Virus record (IMG/VR): IMGVR_UViG_3300027301_000002
Direction: 5' to 3' (one strand)
From: a virus
Taxonomy: Duplodnaviria; Heunggongvirae; Uroviricota; Caudoviricetes
Length of the DNA stretch: 64,000 nucleotides
A program made the position numbers and the translations under genes. Under the pieces are notes generated by a model that was not told the origin of the DNA, ran no database searches, and worked only from the letters and a program-made list of their open reading frames with translations. How positions within the stretch are numbered: the first letter of the stretch is position 1; every line of letters begins with the position of its first letter. Below, piece by piece: positions 8,049 to 17,319 of the stretch.

Positions 8049-8303
8049 TTAAATACTGGCTGTGGATCTAGAAACACGGTGAAGCCCCGATCCACGACCA
8101 GTATACCGACCACAAGGATTATACTTTCGATAATCCTGAAATGCCTCTTGAGAGACAATCTGGATTTCTCCGGCGGTCTTGTGACCGTACAACATAATGC
8201 CGCGAGGTCGCTCTTGAGGTTGACTTCGAGCACATCGGACGCAGGTGCTCAATTTGAATTCAAGACGCTCTTGTTCGATTGGATTGCCGCAGTTGCATTT
8301 CAT
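8049..8303 (-). CDS. zinc-ribbon-like small protein (CNCG...CVRCA)
   Basis: 84 aa with C-N-C-G and C-V-R-C pairs spaced as a 4-Cys treble-clef. Confidence 0.4.
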   Translation of the reverse strand: MKCNCGNPIEQERLEFKLSTCVRCARSQPQERPRGIMLYGHKTAGEIQIVSQEAFQDYRKYNPCGRYTGRGSGLHRVSRSTASI

Positions 8304-8334
8304 ATAACAAATATACTACGTGGTGTGTTGTTGC

Positions 8335-9402
8335 TCAACTATCAAATTGGCGACCACAATCTTCTTCCTCTTCCTTCATGCTATCGATGATAGCACGGAG
8401 GGGATTCTTATCGCATTCAGCTGTAAAGATTTCCTTGATCTCATCCGAATCCAGTGTAATGAGCATCTGCTGAAACGCTGGGACCACGTATTTCAATTCG
8501 TCTTCCTTGATATATTTGCGGAACAGGTTAGCAATTTCAGGCCCCACGATGATATCGTTGATTTCCGAAGCTACATCTCCTTCTTCTGCATCACGCAATC
8601 CATCCGTCAAAGAAACATATTGATAAATACCTTTGACAATTTCTTGAAGGAGTACTGGGAAGATCACACCACGGGCTTTGATCACATACGTCCCTTCTTC
8701 ATCTTCTGCCACATCGACTTGACCGCCTTGTTCGGCTCCCATAGGAGGCATTCCATCTGGCATGGTGTAATACAGCAGTGTTGCGTATGACATGACAAAC
8801 CCATATACATTCGGTGAAGCACAACCAAGCCGTTCTAGTTCATCTTCAACCAAGTGAAACGCATATTGTGTATTGAGTGCTGAGCCTTGAGCAATGCTGT
8901 TTGCGAGGACTTTCCGAGCTTTCCGCTCATCATCATCAAACATCACTTCCGCCAGACTAAACCGAATCTCCGGATCTTCTTCTTTCTCCGGAAGTTCATC
9001 CATGTCAGCATTGATATCGAGTGCATCCATATCTACAAGCTTCGCATCGATCTTGAGATCTCCATCCTGAATCATATCCCGAATGAACTTGAACTCTTCC
9101 ATGTTTAGAATCGTATTCAATGCAAGTCGAGAAAGCTCATCACGATGTTCCTTCTCTCGATCGTAAGCGATCTTGACTCCATTCTTCATCTGGAAAAGCA
9201 TTTCCATGAGATTGATGCTTGGAGCCTTCGAGTAGTGTAGAACTTTATTGACGAGATCGGTGTAATGCTTCGACGCCATCAGCATAGGATCAATCCCGTA
9301 GCGCTTGGACTCGTGTTCGGAAACAAGAGCCAGCCGCTCGCTGTTTGCATAACTATACTTGACGTTAGTGGTCATCGACTCAAATGTATTTTTAGTATTC
9401 AT
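8335..9402 (-). CDS. hypothetical protein
   Basis: 355 aa ORF with acidic stretches; no motif recognised. Confidence 0.55.
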   Translation of the reverse strand: MNTKNTFESMTTNVKYSYANSERLALVSEHESKRYGIDPMLMASKHYTDLVNKVLHYSKAPSINLMEMLFQMKNGVKIAYDREKEHRDELSRLALNTILNMEEFKFIRDMIQDGDLKIDAKLVDMDALDINADMDELPEKEEDPEIRFSLAEVMFDDDERKARKVLANSIAQGSALNTQYAFHLVEDELERLGCASPNVYGFVMSYATLLYYTMPDGMPPMGAEQGGQVDVAEDEEGTYVIKARGVIFPVLLQEIVKGIYQYVSLTDGLRDAEEGDVASEINDIIVGPEIANLFRKYIKEDELKYVVPAFQQMLITLDSDEIKEIFTAECDKNPLRAIIDSMKEEEEDCGRQFDS

Positions 9403-9564
9403 TACGCTTTTGGTTTCGGGTGTTGCCCTGGGCTTGGTTTACGGATTGGATTGAACGGTTTCGCTGGTTTAGTTGGTGCCGGCGGCTTTGTTGGTATTGT
9501 GGTTGGCATTGCTTTTCTGTTTAATACAATACAATCGGGTTTGCTTATCAGCAAACATTTATGC

Positions 9565-10590
9565 TTATTTGTTTGAGTCGTAATCGAGATTGATGATCTT
9601 GAACGAACCTTTGCTGTGTCGAACTACTACACCTTCAAAGGGTTTGCCATCGATTTGATTGATTCCTTTTTGGTAGAAGTTAATCATATCTTCGGATAGC
9701 AACGGCCTCACAGAGTGTTCAAAGTCAACAGTGTAATTGTCGTTTACAAACGGCACATGAGGAATTTGTAATACAGCCGCCACGTTCGGGGAGTAATCAG
9801 CGTCGCCTTCCTTTTCATACTTCAGGGTATTAAGATTGAAGACACTGAATACGGCAAAGTCCAAGGGACCTTTGCTGTGTGGGTTCTTGCTGAAATTTTG
9901 GATATTGCCTCCATAGATTTCACCTCGAAGAGCAAGTGATACGTCGTTCCGTTTGCAATACTCAAGAAGCTTCTCGAGAATATTGTATTTCTTCACGATC
10001 TTGGTATAGTTGTTATTAGTTTCTGGTTTGATTTCTAGATTGCGACTAGTAACACCAGTAGACCATTCTCCGGTCGACGGATCTTTGCGTGCGTAGTAAG
10101 TAGCACTTTGCCCATCAATCTTCAGGGTGACATCAACCTTTTCACCATACGGGAGAAACCCGATAAGGTTCTGGAATCGTTCTTCGTCAGTCTTCACCAG
10201 ACTATACGGCAGATTCCCTTTAGCATCCAGAGAGGTTGGAGCAGGTGGGTCGTACTTATATACCCCAATATGGGAACTAATCTCAGTACCAACTTCGACA
10301 TTTTGAAGATCGAATAACGAGTCTACTTCGGTAAGTCCCATGATAATACCAAACGACCATTCGCCTCGAAGCTTGATAGCTTTGACTCGCGACGACTTTT
10401 TCTTAAAGATTTCAGCCCAGGGCTTATCTGGAAGAACAGTATCGGGCTGGATAAAGACTACACGATCACCTACCTTATATTTGTCTTTAAGAGTGATGCA
10501 TTCATATCCTAGAACTCCAACGAGATCCAACGAATCTGCATTGGGATGATGTTTGACAGCAGCGATGGTTTCAATAGAGGCGAGCTTCAT
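9565..10590 (-). CDS. ATP-dependent RNA ligase-like nucleotidyltransferase with N-terminal tRNA-binding (Myf/Trbp111-type OB) domain
   Basis: The N-terminus AAVKHHPNADSLDLVGVLGYECITLKDKYKVGDRVVFIQPDTVLPD matches the tRNA-binding OB domain found at the MetRS C-terminus and in CsaA. It is followed by the ligase motif I KIDGQS (KxDG). A separate DNA ligase lies at 25869..27005. The start is placed at the internal Met (MKLASIE) because the 5' extension has poor composition. Confidence 0.6.
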   Translation of the reverse strand: MKLASIETIAAVKHHPNADSLDLVGVLGYECITLKDKYKVGDRVVFIQPDTVLPDKPWAEIFKKKSSRVKAIKLRGEWSFGIIMGLTEVDSLFDLQNVEVGTEISSHIGVYKYDPPAPTSLDAKGNLPYSLVKTDEERFQNLIGFLPYGEKVDVTLKIDGQSATYYARKDPSTGEWSTGVTSRNLEIKPETNNNYTKIVKKYNILEKLLEYCKRNDVSLALRGEIYGGNIQNFSKNPHSKGPLDFAVFSVFNLNTLKYEKEGDADYSPNVAAVLQIPHVPFVNDNYTVDFEHSVRPLLSEDMINFYQKGINQIDGKPFEGVVVRHSKGSFKIINLDYDSNK

Positions 10591-10630
10591 GTAGTTAATA
10601 TAGCTCGAGGTGTGATGTGTATCAACTATT

Positions 10631-10981
10631 TTAGCATTTAAGCCAGCGCCATCTTTTATGTCGAACTGCCCATTTTCGTGGGATCCATGACAAAATTTTA
10701 TTGACAAACGACATGACAACTTTGTTGTATTTATACTCAGTTGCATCCCCTTGTTTCCATACGACGATATGGTCGGGCACCACTGTTGGTCTGTTATTGC
10801 CTATGCGATAGACTCGATTCCAATATACAATATCTCTATATGGAGACACCCAGCCTTGGAACCTATCATATCGTGCTGTTAATGTGTCGTAGCTTCTTCT
10901 GGAGAAACTTCGTTCGGCATAGTGCCCATCTTCATGATAGACATATATCGTTGCATTTCCGAAATCATTAAGGGGATTCAT
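10631..10981 (-). CDS. hypothetical protein
   Basis: 116 aa, Trp/Arg-rich. Confidence 0.5.
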   Translation of the reverse strand: MNPLNDFGNATIYVYHEDGHYAERSFSRRSYDTLTARYDRFQGWVSPYRDIVYWNRVYRIGNNRPTVVPDHIVVWKQGDATEYKYNKVVMSFVNKILSWIPRKWAVRHKRWRWLKC

Positions 10982-11153
10982 TGAAGTATTTAATTATTTG
11001 TATTTTTTCATTATGGTGAAAATTGTCATTCAAACAATCGTAAACCTGTTTGTTTGTTTCAGACAATTTGTTGTATTCCATTTTATGGATAGCACTACAA
11101 CTGGTTAGGAAAAATAAAATCGAAGCAAGGAAAAGTTTCATTATAGAAACTAC

Positions 11154-11609
11154 TTACTTCCGTCGAATCTTGGATAATATGCGTTCGTACATTATTCTAC
11201 AATGTCTATATCTAAGGCGTGATTTCAGGATATCTGCGGATGCTTTTAGGCTACCCCATTTAAGCACTTTGATATTAAAGAACTTTACACCCCATCGGCG
11301 CATAGCACTTTTTGAAGGCTGATAGATATCAACCACTGGCGTTGCGCCAACAGGCTTTACCAATGCAGACCCATAGTCGGTGATGACATATCTTTTATTG
11401 TCAATCAATAAAATAGTTCCTGCTGGAAAGACAGACCAGTCAGATGCAGCAGATGTAACGCCAAGAGGAGTTCCTAATGCTGTTTTACTTTTGTACCTAA
11501 TATGATCCTTTTCTGTATGAGTATACGCAGTCGTCTTAATGTGGATATCAGCTCCGTTGCATGACAGCGAAGATATCGCCAACACTAATGATAATAATAT
11601 ACTCTTCAT
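11154..11609 (-). CDS. secreted/lipoprotein with 3D (MltA-like) domain
   Basis: Signal peptide MKSILLSLVLAISSLSCNG. ...FPAGTILLIDNKRYVITDYGSALV...VVDIY...AMRRWG resembles the 3D domain. Confidence 0.5.
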   Translation of the reverse strand: MKSILLSLVLAISSLSCNGADIHIKTTAYTHTEKDHIRYKSKTALGTPLGVTSAASDWSVFPAGTILLIDNKRYVITDYGSALVKPVGATPVVDIYQPSKSAMRRWGVKFFNIKVLKWGSLKASADILKSRLRYRHCRIMYERILSKIRRK

Positions 11610-11614
11610 AATTT

Positions 11615-12151
11615 TTAATCATATTTGAAATCTGGAGACGTTTCATTAAACAGTCTGTAGCTGCGGATAGGTGCTATGTCAGTTAACGTAACTGCTTGAA
11701 CCTCAACACCCCATTTCTTTGCTTCTGACGCTGCATGTTTTGTAAGCTGCCGATCAATAGTATTACTGAAACATTCGTCTAGATTCGATTCTGTAAGAAC
11801 TCTTTTAATAATACCTTGTGTCACATCAGCGAGTGCATCCTTCGCGGCGTTCGCTGTTAAGAAGAATGTTTTGCCATCGACAATTTTATATTTTATAACA
11901 CCCTTGACAACTAAATTTGTTTTACTTTTTTGAATGAAAAGGGATTGGGGTGGCAAACTAATTGTAGTGATGACAGTGTAGTACTCATGTATTTCATCAA
12001 TTACGGGGAACTTAAAGTGTATTCCGGGTTTGAGTGTTCTGTGATATTTCCCTAAACGAAATACAACTGCTTCGCTGTACGCAGGTATAACTACCGCTGG
12101 CTTTAGATAATACCAGCAACTTATTAGGGCGTCAATTAGGCGTTCTAACAT
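11615..12151 (-). CDS. SPFH/band-7 (prohibitin/HflK-like) domain protein
   Basis: N-terminal hydrophobic segment, then AVVFRLGKYHRTLKPGIHFKFPVIDEI...TKDN-like...WGVEV. The overall pattern fits an SPFH domain. Confidence 0.6.
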   Translation of the reverse strand: MLERLIDALISCWYYLKPAVVIPAYSEAVVFRLGKYHRTLKPGIHFKFPVIDEIHEYYTVITTISLPPQSLFIQKSKTNLVVKGVIKYKIVDGKTFFLTANAAKDALADVTQGIIKRVLTESNLDECFSNTIDRQLTKHAASEAKKWGVEVQAVTLTDIAPIRSYRLFNETSPDFKYD

Positions 12152-12195
12152 TTATTTATTTGCACCTGTCATCAAATGTCTTTATAACATTTAAT

Positions 12196-12471
12196 TCACT
12201 TGGTGGGAAGTGGAAGCGGATCTTCTGGCAGAGGGGTGATTGCTTTTGGAATCCATGAGAACCCAATGCCGATATTAAAGTATGGCTTGACCCGATAAAT
12301 CTTTGTAGATGCACCAACTGATGCACCGTATCCATTATCTGTCTGTCCTATCTTCGCATCGATCGATCCGTTGACCTTTGCTTCGTCGGCGAGTCCCTCG
12401 ACTGTTGGTTTAATAGTGTTACAACTTGACAATGTCAGTGCAGTGATTAGCATCAGAATTAGCTTGCTCAT
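12196..12471 (-). CDS. small lipoprotein
   Basis: MSKLILMLITALTLSSCNT lipobox (L-S-S-C). Confidence 0.5.
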   Translation of the reverse strand: MSKLILMLITALTLSSCNTIKPTVEGLADEAKVNGSIDAKIGQTDNGYGASVGASTKIYRVKPYFNIGIGFSWIPKAITPLPEDPLPLPTK

Positions 12472-12521
12472 ATGTTTACTTACTATAAATTGTGGTTGTT
12501 TTCAAATCAACAGGTGTTTGC

Positions 12522-13280
12522 TCAGTCCTCAACAACTTTGCCATCTGCATTTTTGATGGTAGCCCCCTTGCTTGTTTTGAATGGAATCCGAACATTATTG
12601 TATGTGTTACTATCCTTTACTTCTAGAATTCCTTTGGAAACATTCCATGCAGTATCCGTGCCAATAAACGTGTTCTTACTGCATGTAGCTAAGCTATCGC
12701 TGTTCGCCCAAGACGATTCATGAACTCGAACTCCAGTGATACCACCATAGATTATGTTGTTGTTAATCACTGCACCATCTGCCTGGTTGAGTTGAATTGA
12801 CTTATCTCCTTTGTTGCTGTTCATGAATTCACAATAAGATACTTTGAAGTTCTTTGCTTTGATGCTTGTAGAGACCGCATCTTCGCCTACATTAAGAAAT
12901 GTCACATACTCAATACCTGAATTTGGTTTAGCAAACATCGCCGCATTCTTATTGTTTCGGACGAATCCGTTTTTAACAACAAGAGGGATATTTGCTACAA
13001 ATAGCGGTTCCTGTGTTTCACTTTGTCCTCCATCTCCTCGTTGCTTAGTCCCATCTAAGATACCTCCTTTCAAGTCTAGAATGTATACACCGTCTTTGTT
13101 AATTGCTTTTGTGTCTAATGTTTTTTCTGCTTCTTTCAAATCCCTCGAATCATTAATATGCCACGATGTTGGTTTGTACACCTTCGCTGATGGTGAGGGT
13201 GTACGATACTCTGGTTTTGGGCTTACTGTGCTGCAACCTATTAGAAGCGAGCACAGAAGAAGTGTGAATGTTGATTTCAT
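12522..13280 (-). CDS. lipoprotein, probable right-handed beta-helix fold
   Basis: Lipobox LLIGCSTV. Repetitive NNNIIYGGITGVRVH / VKDSNTYNN segments typical of parallel beta-helix proteins. Confidence 0.5.
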   Translation of the reverse strand: MKSTFTLLLCSLLIGCSTVSPKPEYRTPSPSAKVYKPTSWHINDSRDLKEAEKTLDTKAINKDGVYILDLKGGILDGTKQRGDGGQSETQEPLFVANIPLVVKNGFVRNNKNAAMFAKPNSGIEYVTFLNVGEDAVSTSIKAKNFKVSYCEFMNSNKGDKSIQLNQADGAVINNNIIYGGITGVRVHESSWANSDSLATCSKNTFIGTDTAWNVSKGILEVKDSNTYNNVRIPFKTSKGATIKNADGKVVED

Positions 13281-13513
13281 TTAGGAATAAGCAAATTTGT
13301 GAGGTTCTTTAATTGATCGTTTGTCATGTGAATATATTCAATATCATCTCCATAGTATTCGACATCATTCACCTTTGCTATTTTGATATTTGACAAAATA
13401 AGATCACAAATGGATGCAGATTTTGGATCTGTGTGGTCAATGCGAATTTGTTGAATAATCGCTTCTAACCGATCCAAAGTATCTGCATTCCATTTGTGAA
13501 GTGTGTTTAGCAT
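13277..13513 (-). CDS. hypothetical protein
   Basis: 78 aa ORF. Confidence 0.4.
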   Translation of the reverse strand: MLNTLHKWNADTLDRLEAIIQQIRIDHTDPKSASICDLILSNIKIAKVNDVEYYGDDIEYIHMTNDQLKNLTNLLIPK

Positions 13514-13613
13514 ATATAAATCGTGTCCAACATCTTATCCATGATGGGACCGAAGATACTAATATCCAGAGGACATAGTTGCAAGAGCACGTTCAGTGTT
13601 AGTTCAATCATAA

Positions 13614-14318
13614 TTATTCAGTGTAGTGGTACATATACGCTTCATGGCAATCAACGCAGCGGAATTTGGTATTCTCAACGAATGCGGTTGCTGATTCATG
13701 GAAGTGACCAAAGAACCAATGCTTTGGTTTAGTTAGTTGATACAGCTTATCCATATCTTCATTTTCAATCTTGAGATCCTGTTCCAGATCTTTATCAGCC
13801 ACCATCATCGATTTGACAAAGTTATTAATACCAAAAAGACCCGAGATCGGGGGGCGGGTATGAGTTACTACAGCATCGTATGTTTCGTATGCAAAATTCT
13901 CATTAAGATAGAACGTTTCATTTTTCCACCAAGTAGGAATGCTAGTATTATATCTATCAATCCGATCAATCGATACTGCACCGCCTACAAGAAGAATTTT
14001 CTTACCAAGCAATTCAAGAACAGTATAGTCGGGGAGCAATTCGATATTGTCATACCCTCCTATTGTCTTCCTAGTATTAAAGTATCCTGGGTCATCATGG
14101 TTTCCACGAATGACATACAAGTGACTATTCGATTCAGCAAGGAACTTGTGAAGTGGTTTGAGTAATTTTGGGTACTCATGATCCTCAAAGAAACCAATAC
14201 CAAAATCCCCCACATGGATGATATGAGCATTCTCGATTTGATTTCGCTTAAGCTTAATAGCAAAAAGACCAACATCTCCGTGAATGTCTCCAGCAATAAT
14301 AATTTTATCTTTTGTCAT
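13614..14318 (-). CDS. calcineurin-like metallophosphoesterase
   Basis: AGDIHGD ... HVGDFGIGF ... VIRGNHDD: the canonical DxH(x)nGDxxD(x)nGNH(D/E) motifs. Confidence 0.75.
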   Translation of the reverse strand: MTKDKIIIAGDIHGDVGLFAIKLKRNQIENAHIIHVGDFGIGFFEDHEYPKLLKPLHKFLAESNSHLYVIRGNHDDPGYFNTRKTIGGYDNIELLPDYTVLELLGKKILLVGGAVSIDRIDRYNTSIPTWWKNETFYLNENFAYETYDAVVTHTRPPISGLFGINNFVKSMMVADKDLEQDLKIENEDMDKLYQLTKPKHWFFGHFHESATAFVENTKFRCVDCHEAYMYHYTE

Positions 14319-14319
14319 A

Positions 14320-15111
14320 TCAAGCAGCCAGATTAAGTCGTTTGAAGTTGTTTTTCTTTACCATATCATATACACCGTATCTGTCGAGGATGAGGCGTTC
14401 AAGGATTTCGATATCATGGGCATCCTCGAAATTCCAAAGCATCTTTGAGATGACAGGGCACTCTGCAATGAAAAGATCCCGGATGGCTTCTGCTACTTCA
14501 CGGCATTCTTTTTGTGTAGTCTTGTATAGGCGTTTGTTGAGTGTCGTAATCCAATCTCGCACTTTGCCATTGAAGACAATCTTTGTCTGTGTTGCCTCTG
14601 GCATCACCATTCGTGCACATTCCTTCGCTACTCCATTCTTAATGAGTTCCTGGTATAGCTCTCGTGTTTGGTTGAGATGATCTTCAATCGCTTCTGACGC
14701 ATGTCTACTCTCATCTGTATACATATCATCTGCACTCTTAAACAATACTGGATTGATGAGATCCGTCGATGATTGCCTATTGTTAGTGCATTGCGCTCTA
14801 ATCTCGATTGGTTCGAATTCAGAGACTGCCTTATATCGCTGGCTGAGCTCTTGTGGTTGAAGACTCCAATGACGAAGTAGTTCCCGACCGATTGCTCTGC
14901 TGGTGATGATTTCGATACCCAAGTTTGCCATTGCGAATACCGACCAATGACCTTCTCGGAGACAATGCCTTAGGAGCTTGTGCGGCTCCGTAAACAGTTC
15001 ATTGACTTCTCTTGAAGAGGAGATTCTAGCAATCCCGACAAGGATCTCATCGATGCTCTTGTCTGTGAATTCGGCGACGCCTGTTGTTTTTGTTACAAGT
15101 CTGACTTCCAT
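14320..15111 (-). CDS. thyX: flavin-dependent thymidylate synthase ThyX-like
   Basis: HWSVFAMANLG...TSRAIGRELLRHWSLQPQELSQRY resembles the ThyX (H.SV ... SR....Q..RHR-x7-S.RY) signature, with the third residue of RHR being W here. Confidence 0.6.
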   Translation of the reverse strand: MEVRLVTKTTGVAEFTDKSIDEILVGIARISSSREVNELFTEPHKLLRHCLREGHWSVFAMANLGIEIITSRAIGRELLRHWSLQPQELSQRYKAVSEFEPIEIRAQCTNNRQSSTDLINPVLFKSADDMYTDESRHASEAIEDHLNQTRELYQELIKNGVAKECARMVMPEATQTKIVFNGKVRDWITTLNKRLYKTTQKECREVAEAIRDLFIAECPVISKMLWNFEDAHDIEILERLILDRYGVYDMVKKNNFKRLNLAA

Positions 15112-15161
15112 GAATTAATATAAAATAGGGTTATGTGTGAATCAACAGTTTTTATCATACA

Positions 15162-15404
15162 TCACCAAGCAGATGGATTGCATATATTCCGAAACAGATA
15201 CTGAATATAGAATCGACACTTCAGATATGTGTTGAATAAGAGTTGTTCTTTTTGACTATAGATTTTGTAATCGTCTGGTATTGTATACCAGAAACCATAC
15301 TTCAGGAATGAGTCACTGTCGATATGTTTTCTGATCTTGCGAATTTGTTGGAGGCGAGGATCTTGTGTCATTGTGACATTATTTATTTTACGAACATCTG
15401 CCAA
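15162..15404 (-). CDS. hypothetical protein
   Basis: 80 aa ORF; overlaps the HNH gene start by 22 nt. Confidence 0.35.
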   Translation of the reverse strand: MADVRKINNVTMTQDPRLQQIRKIRKHIDSDSFLKYGFWYTIPDDYKIYSQKEQLLFNTYLKCRFYIQYLFRNICNPSAW

Positions 15405-15982
15405 TCATCACGCAAAATATCAAATACTACACCATCTTTTGGTTTGGTGGGTTTCCATAGCAACTTCAACCCACATTCAGACGGAGTCCTATCTGCTTTA
15501 GCGTTATTCACTTCGCGATCACAGCAGACCAAATTATCCCAAGTGTTGGTACCACCTCTGCTAGAAGGAATGATATGATCAACACTGAGTTCACTCTTTT
15601 GTAGTTTCTTTCCGGTGTATGCACAAGTATAGTTATCTCTCCGAAAAATGTTTTGCTTAGTAGGAAATTTGCCCTTCTTAATGACCATTCGGTCGAATCT
15701 GCTACAGATCACAATGGAGGGCAACCGCACTGGTCCTTTGGATGTTTGTACATAATCATCACAAGGACGAATAGGTAGCTTGATCCATTGCTTCCAGTCC
15801 TTGATTGCGATGAACGATTCTATTTGCGTAGTATCGTACGACCCATCCTCATTCTGGGTGTAGCTAATATCCAGTGGGACAAAAGATTTGGAGAAAATAC
15901 CAACCATGATATCAGACCAACTAGCCGGTTCTAGTGGTTGATAGTTAGCATTGAGCTTTAAAATTGGTCTCTTTGAGATCAT
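15383..15982 (-). CDS. HNH endonuclease
   Basis: C-terminal SVDHIIPSSRGGTNTWDNLVCCDREVNNAKADR is a classic HNH motif. Confidence 0.75.
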   Translation of the reverse strand: MISKRPILKLNANYQPLEPASWSDIMVGIFSKSFVPLDISYTQNEDGSYDTTQIESFIAIKDWKQWIKLPIRPCDDYVQTSKGPVRLPSIVICSRFDRMVIKKGKFPTKQNIFRRDNYTCAYTGKKLQKSELSVDHIIPSSRGGTNTWDNLVCCDREVNNAKADRTPSECGLKLLWKPTKPKDGVVFDILRDDWQMFVK

Positions 15983-16019
15983 ACAATATTATACAGTGTG
16001 GTGACATTTTAATCACTCA

Positions 16020-16988
16020 TTATTTGTTGATTGGGAATTTCCAAACAGCATCCGAACCCGAACCGATCTTCACGAGTTTGTTTTCCTTATTGAGCTTGTA
16101 AAGCATCTGCCGAGCATATGCTTCGCTGACATTCAGTTCTTGAACCACGCGATCGATCGTAATGTTCGGCGGTTCCTTCATAGAAAGGATCTGGTCTTCC
16201 TTGCGTGATTTTTTCGATTTCGCGGACGCGGTAGTGAATGCAGACATATCAGCGAGCGCAGACAAATCGTATCCGCTTGGACTGATTCTCAACACACCAC
16301 TATACGGAGTACCATAACGGTTTTTCGAGGTTTGGATGTCTCGATGATCATCAGATTCATCATTGATGCTGATTGCGATATTACAATCAACCGCATGAGT
16401 AATCACAGTGCTTCCTTTGAAGTTTCCGTTTTTGGTTTGATGGAGGATGATACCAACCGCACATTCGCTCTCTTTGGCTGCGGAGACGATTTTGTTAATT
16501 GCGTCCGCATCTCCCATGCGCTTATCATCGAATTGAAGTGTAGCAAAGCTGTCGACGATCAGAAAGTCCATTTGCTTCATCATCTTGCAGATTTCTTCCA
16601 CATCCGTCTCGTGACATACTTGAACGGATTTCAAACCCAACCGGCGGCAGCTGTACGCGAGCATCGTGGTAGTTTCTTCACCAGTCACGTATCCCGCTTC
16701 ATATCCTTGATCGGCGAGAGCCTCGCAGATTTGAAGCATCAGCGTAGTCTTACCAACTCCTGCGGCGGCGGATAGAGTGAATACCATGCCCGGAAGGATT
16801 CCCTCACCACCAAAAAGTTTATCAACCACTTCAATGCCTGTGTGCATCCGACGGAAGAACACATCAGGAATTTTGATTTCAGAAACACGAACCATGCTGG
16901 ACTTTTGATAACTAAGCTTCATATATTGTTTGTTTGTGTTTGGTGTTTGATTACTCTTTAATATGGATGTGGGTTGTGCTGCAATCAA
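16020..16988 (-). CDS. RadA/Sak4-like RecA-superfamily recombination ATPase
   Basis: Walker A TLSAAAGVGKTTL, Walker B LIVDS, and a RadA-type KNRYG motif. No zinc finger or Lon domain. Confidence 0.7.
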   Translation of the reverse strand: MIAAQPTSILKSNQTPNTNKQYMKLSYQKSSMVRVSEIKIPDVFFRRMHTGIEVVDKLFGGEGILPGMVFTLSAAAGVGKTTLMLQICEALADQGYEAGYVTGEETTTMLAYSCRRLGLKSVQVCHETDVEEICKMMKQMDFLIVDSFATLQFDDKRMGDADAINKIVSAAKESECAVGIILHQTKNGNFKGSTVITHAVDCNIAISINDESDDHRDIQTSKNRYGTPYSGVLRISPSGYDLSALADMSAFTTASAKSKKSRKEDQILSMKEPPNITIDRVVQELNVSEAYARQMLYKLNKENKLVKIGSGSDAVWKFPINK

Positions 16989-17014
16989 CTAGCTTGTGCT
17001 TGATGTTTAACAAC

Positions 17015-17047
17015 AAAAAAAGCCGGAGGTCTCCCTCCGGCTTTTTG
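17015..17047. terminator. rho-independent terminator
   Basis: AAAAAAAGCCGGAGG-tctc-CCTCCGGC-TTTTTG, a perfect 8-bp GC stem with flanking A-run and T-run. Confidence 0.75.
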
Positions 17048-17063
17048 CTTACTTCCGTATGTG

Positions 17064-17285
17064 TTAGAGTGCGTAAATTCCACCCTTGCGCTTGACGTCA
17101 GATGCAAGGTCTCTAACGTCGATCCGCTGACAGATTTGTTCGTGCTGGTTAATGACATTGACAATCTCTGCACCCAAAATTCGATAACCACCATTCGGGG
17201 TTCGTTCGACCTCGAGGTGGAACGTCTTGGGGCGGACGTCGTTGCTATTGTACCATTGGCGATTTAGGTTCTTTCGTGTTTTCAT
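17064..17285 (-). CDS. hypothetical protein (start at internal Met MKTRKN)
   Basis: The ORF-track 17064..17384 is trimmed to avoid overlap with 17320..17577. Confidence 0.4.
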   Translation of the reverse strand: MKTRKNLNRQWYNSNDVRPKTFHLEVERTPNGGYRILGAEIVNVINQHEQICQRIDVRDLASDVKRKGGIYAL

Positions 17286-17319
17286 ATGTGTTTTAATGTA
17301 AAGTGTGGTGCTGTGTATA

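Noticed and set aside
8049-8303. Treating the ORF-track 7790..8233 as full length (147 aa), overlapping 8049..8303 by 185 nt
   Set aside because: An extensive out-of-frame overlap is unlikely. The 5' 63 codons of 7790..8233 were judged to be read-through, and an internal Met at 8044 gives a clean abutting arrangement. Which of the two is real remains uncertain.
7605-8390. 261-aa plus-strand ORF and other plus ORFs (3403..3873, 4143..4535, 5304..5624, 5652..5897, 8320..8790, 9265..9576 and others) inside the minus-strand gene block
   Set aside because: They lie antisense to longer, motif-bearing minus-strand genes in a block that is otherwise uniformly minus-oriented. Their composition is atypical (Cys/Ser/Leu-rich) and no motifs were found.
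16332-16775. 147-aa plus-strand ORF inside the RadA-like gene and the small ORFs 16985..17194 and 17061..17267 over the terminator
   Set aside because: Antisense to a motif-rich ATPase gene, or spanning a clear rho-independent terminator hairpin, so unlikely to be coding.
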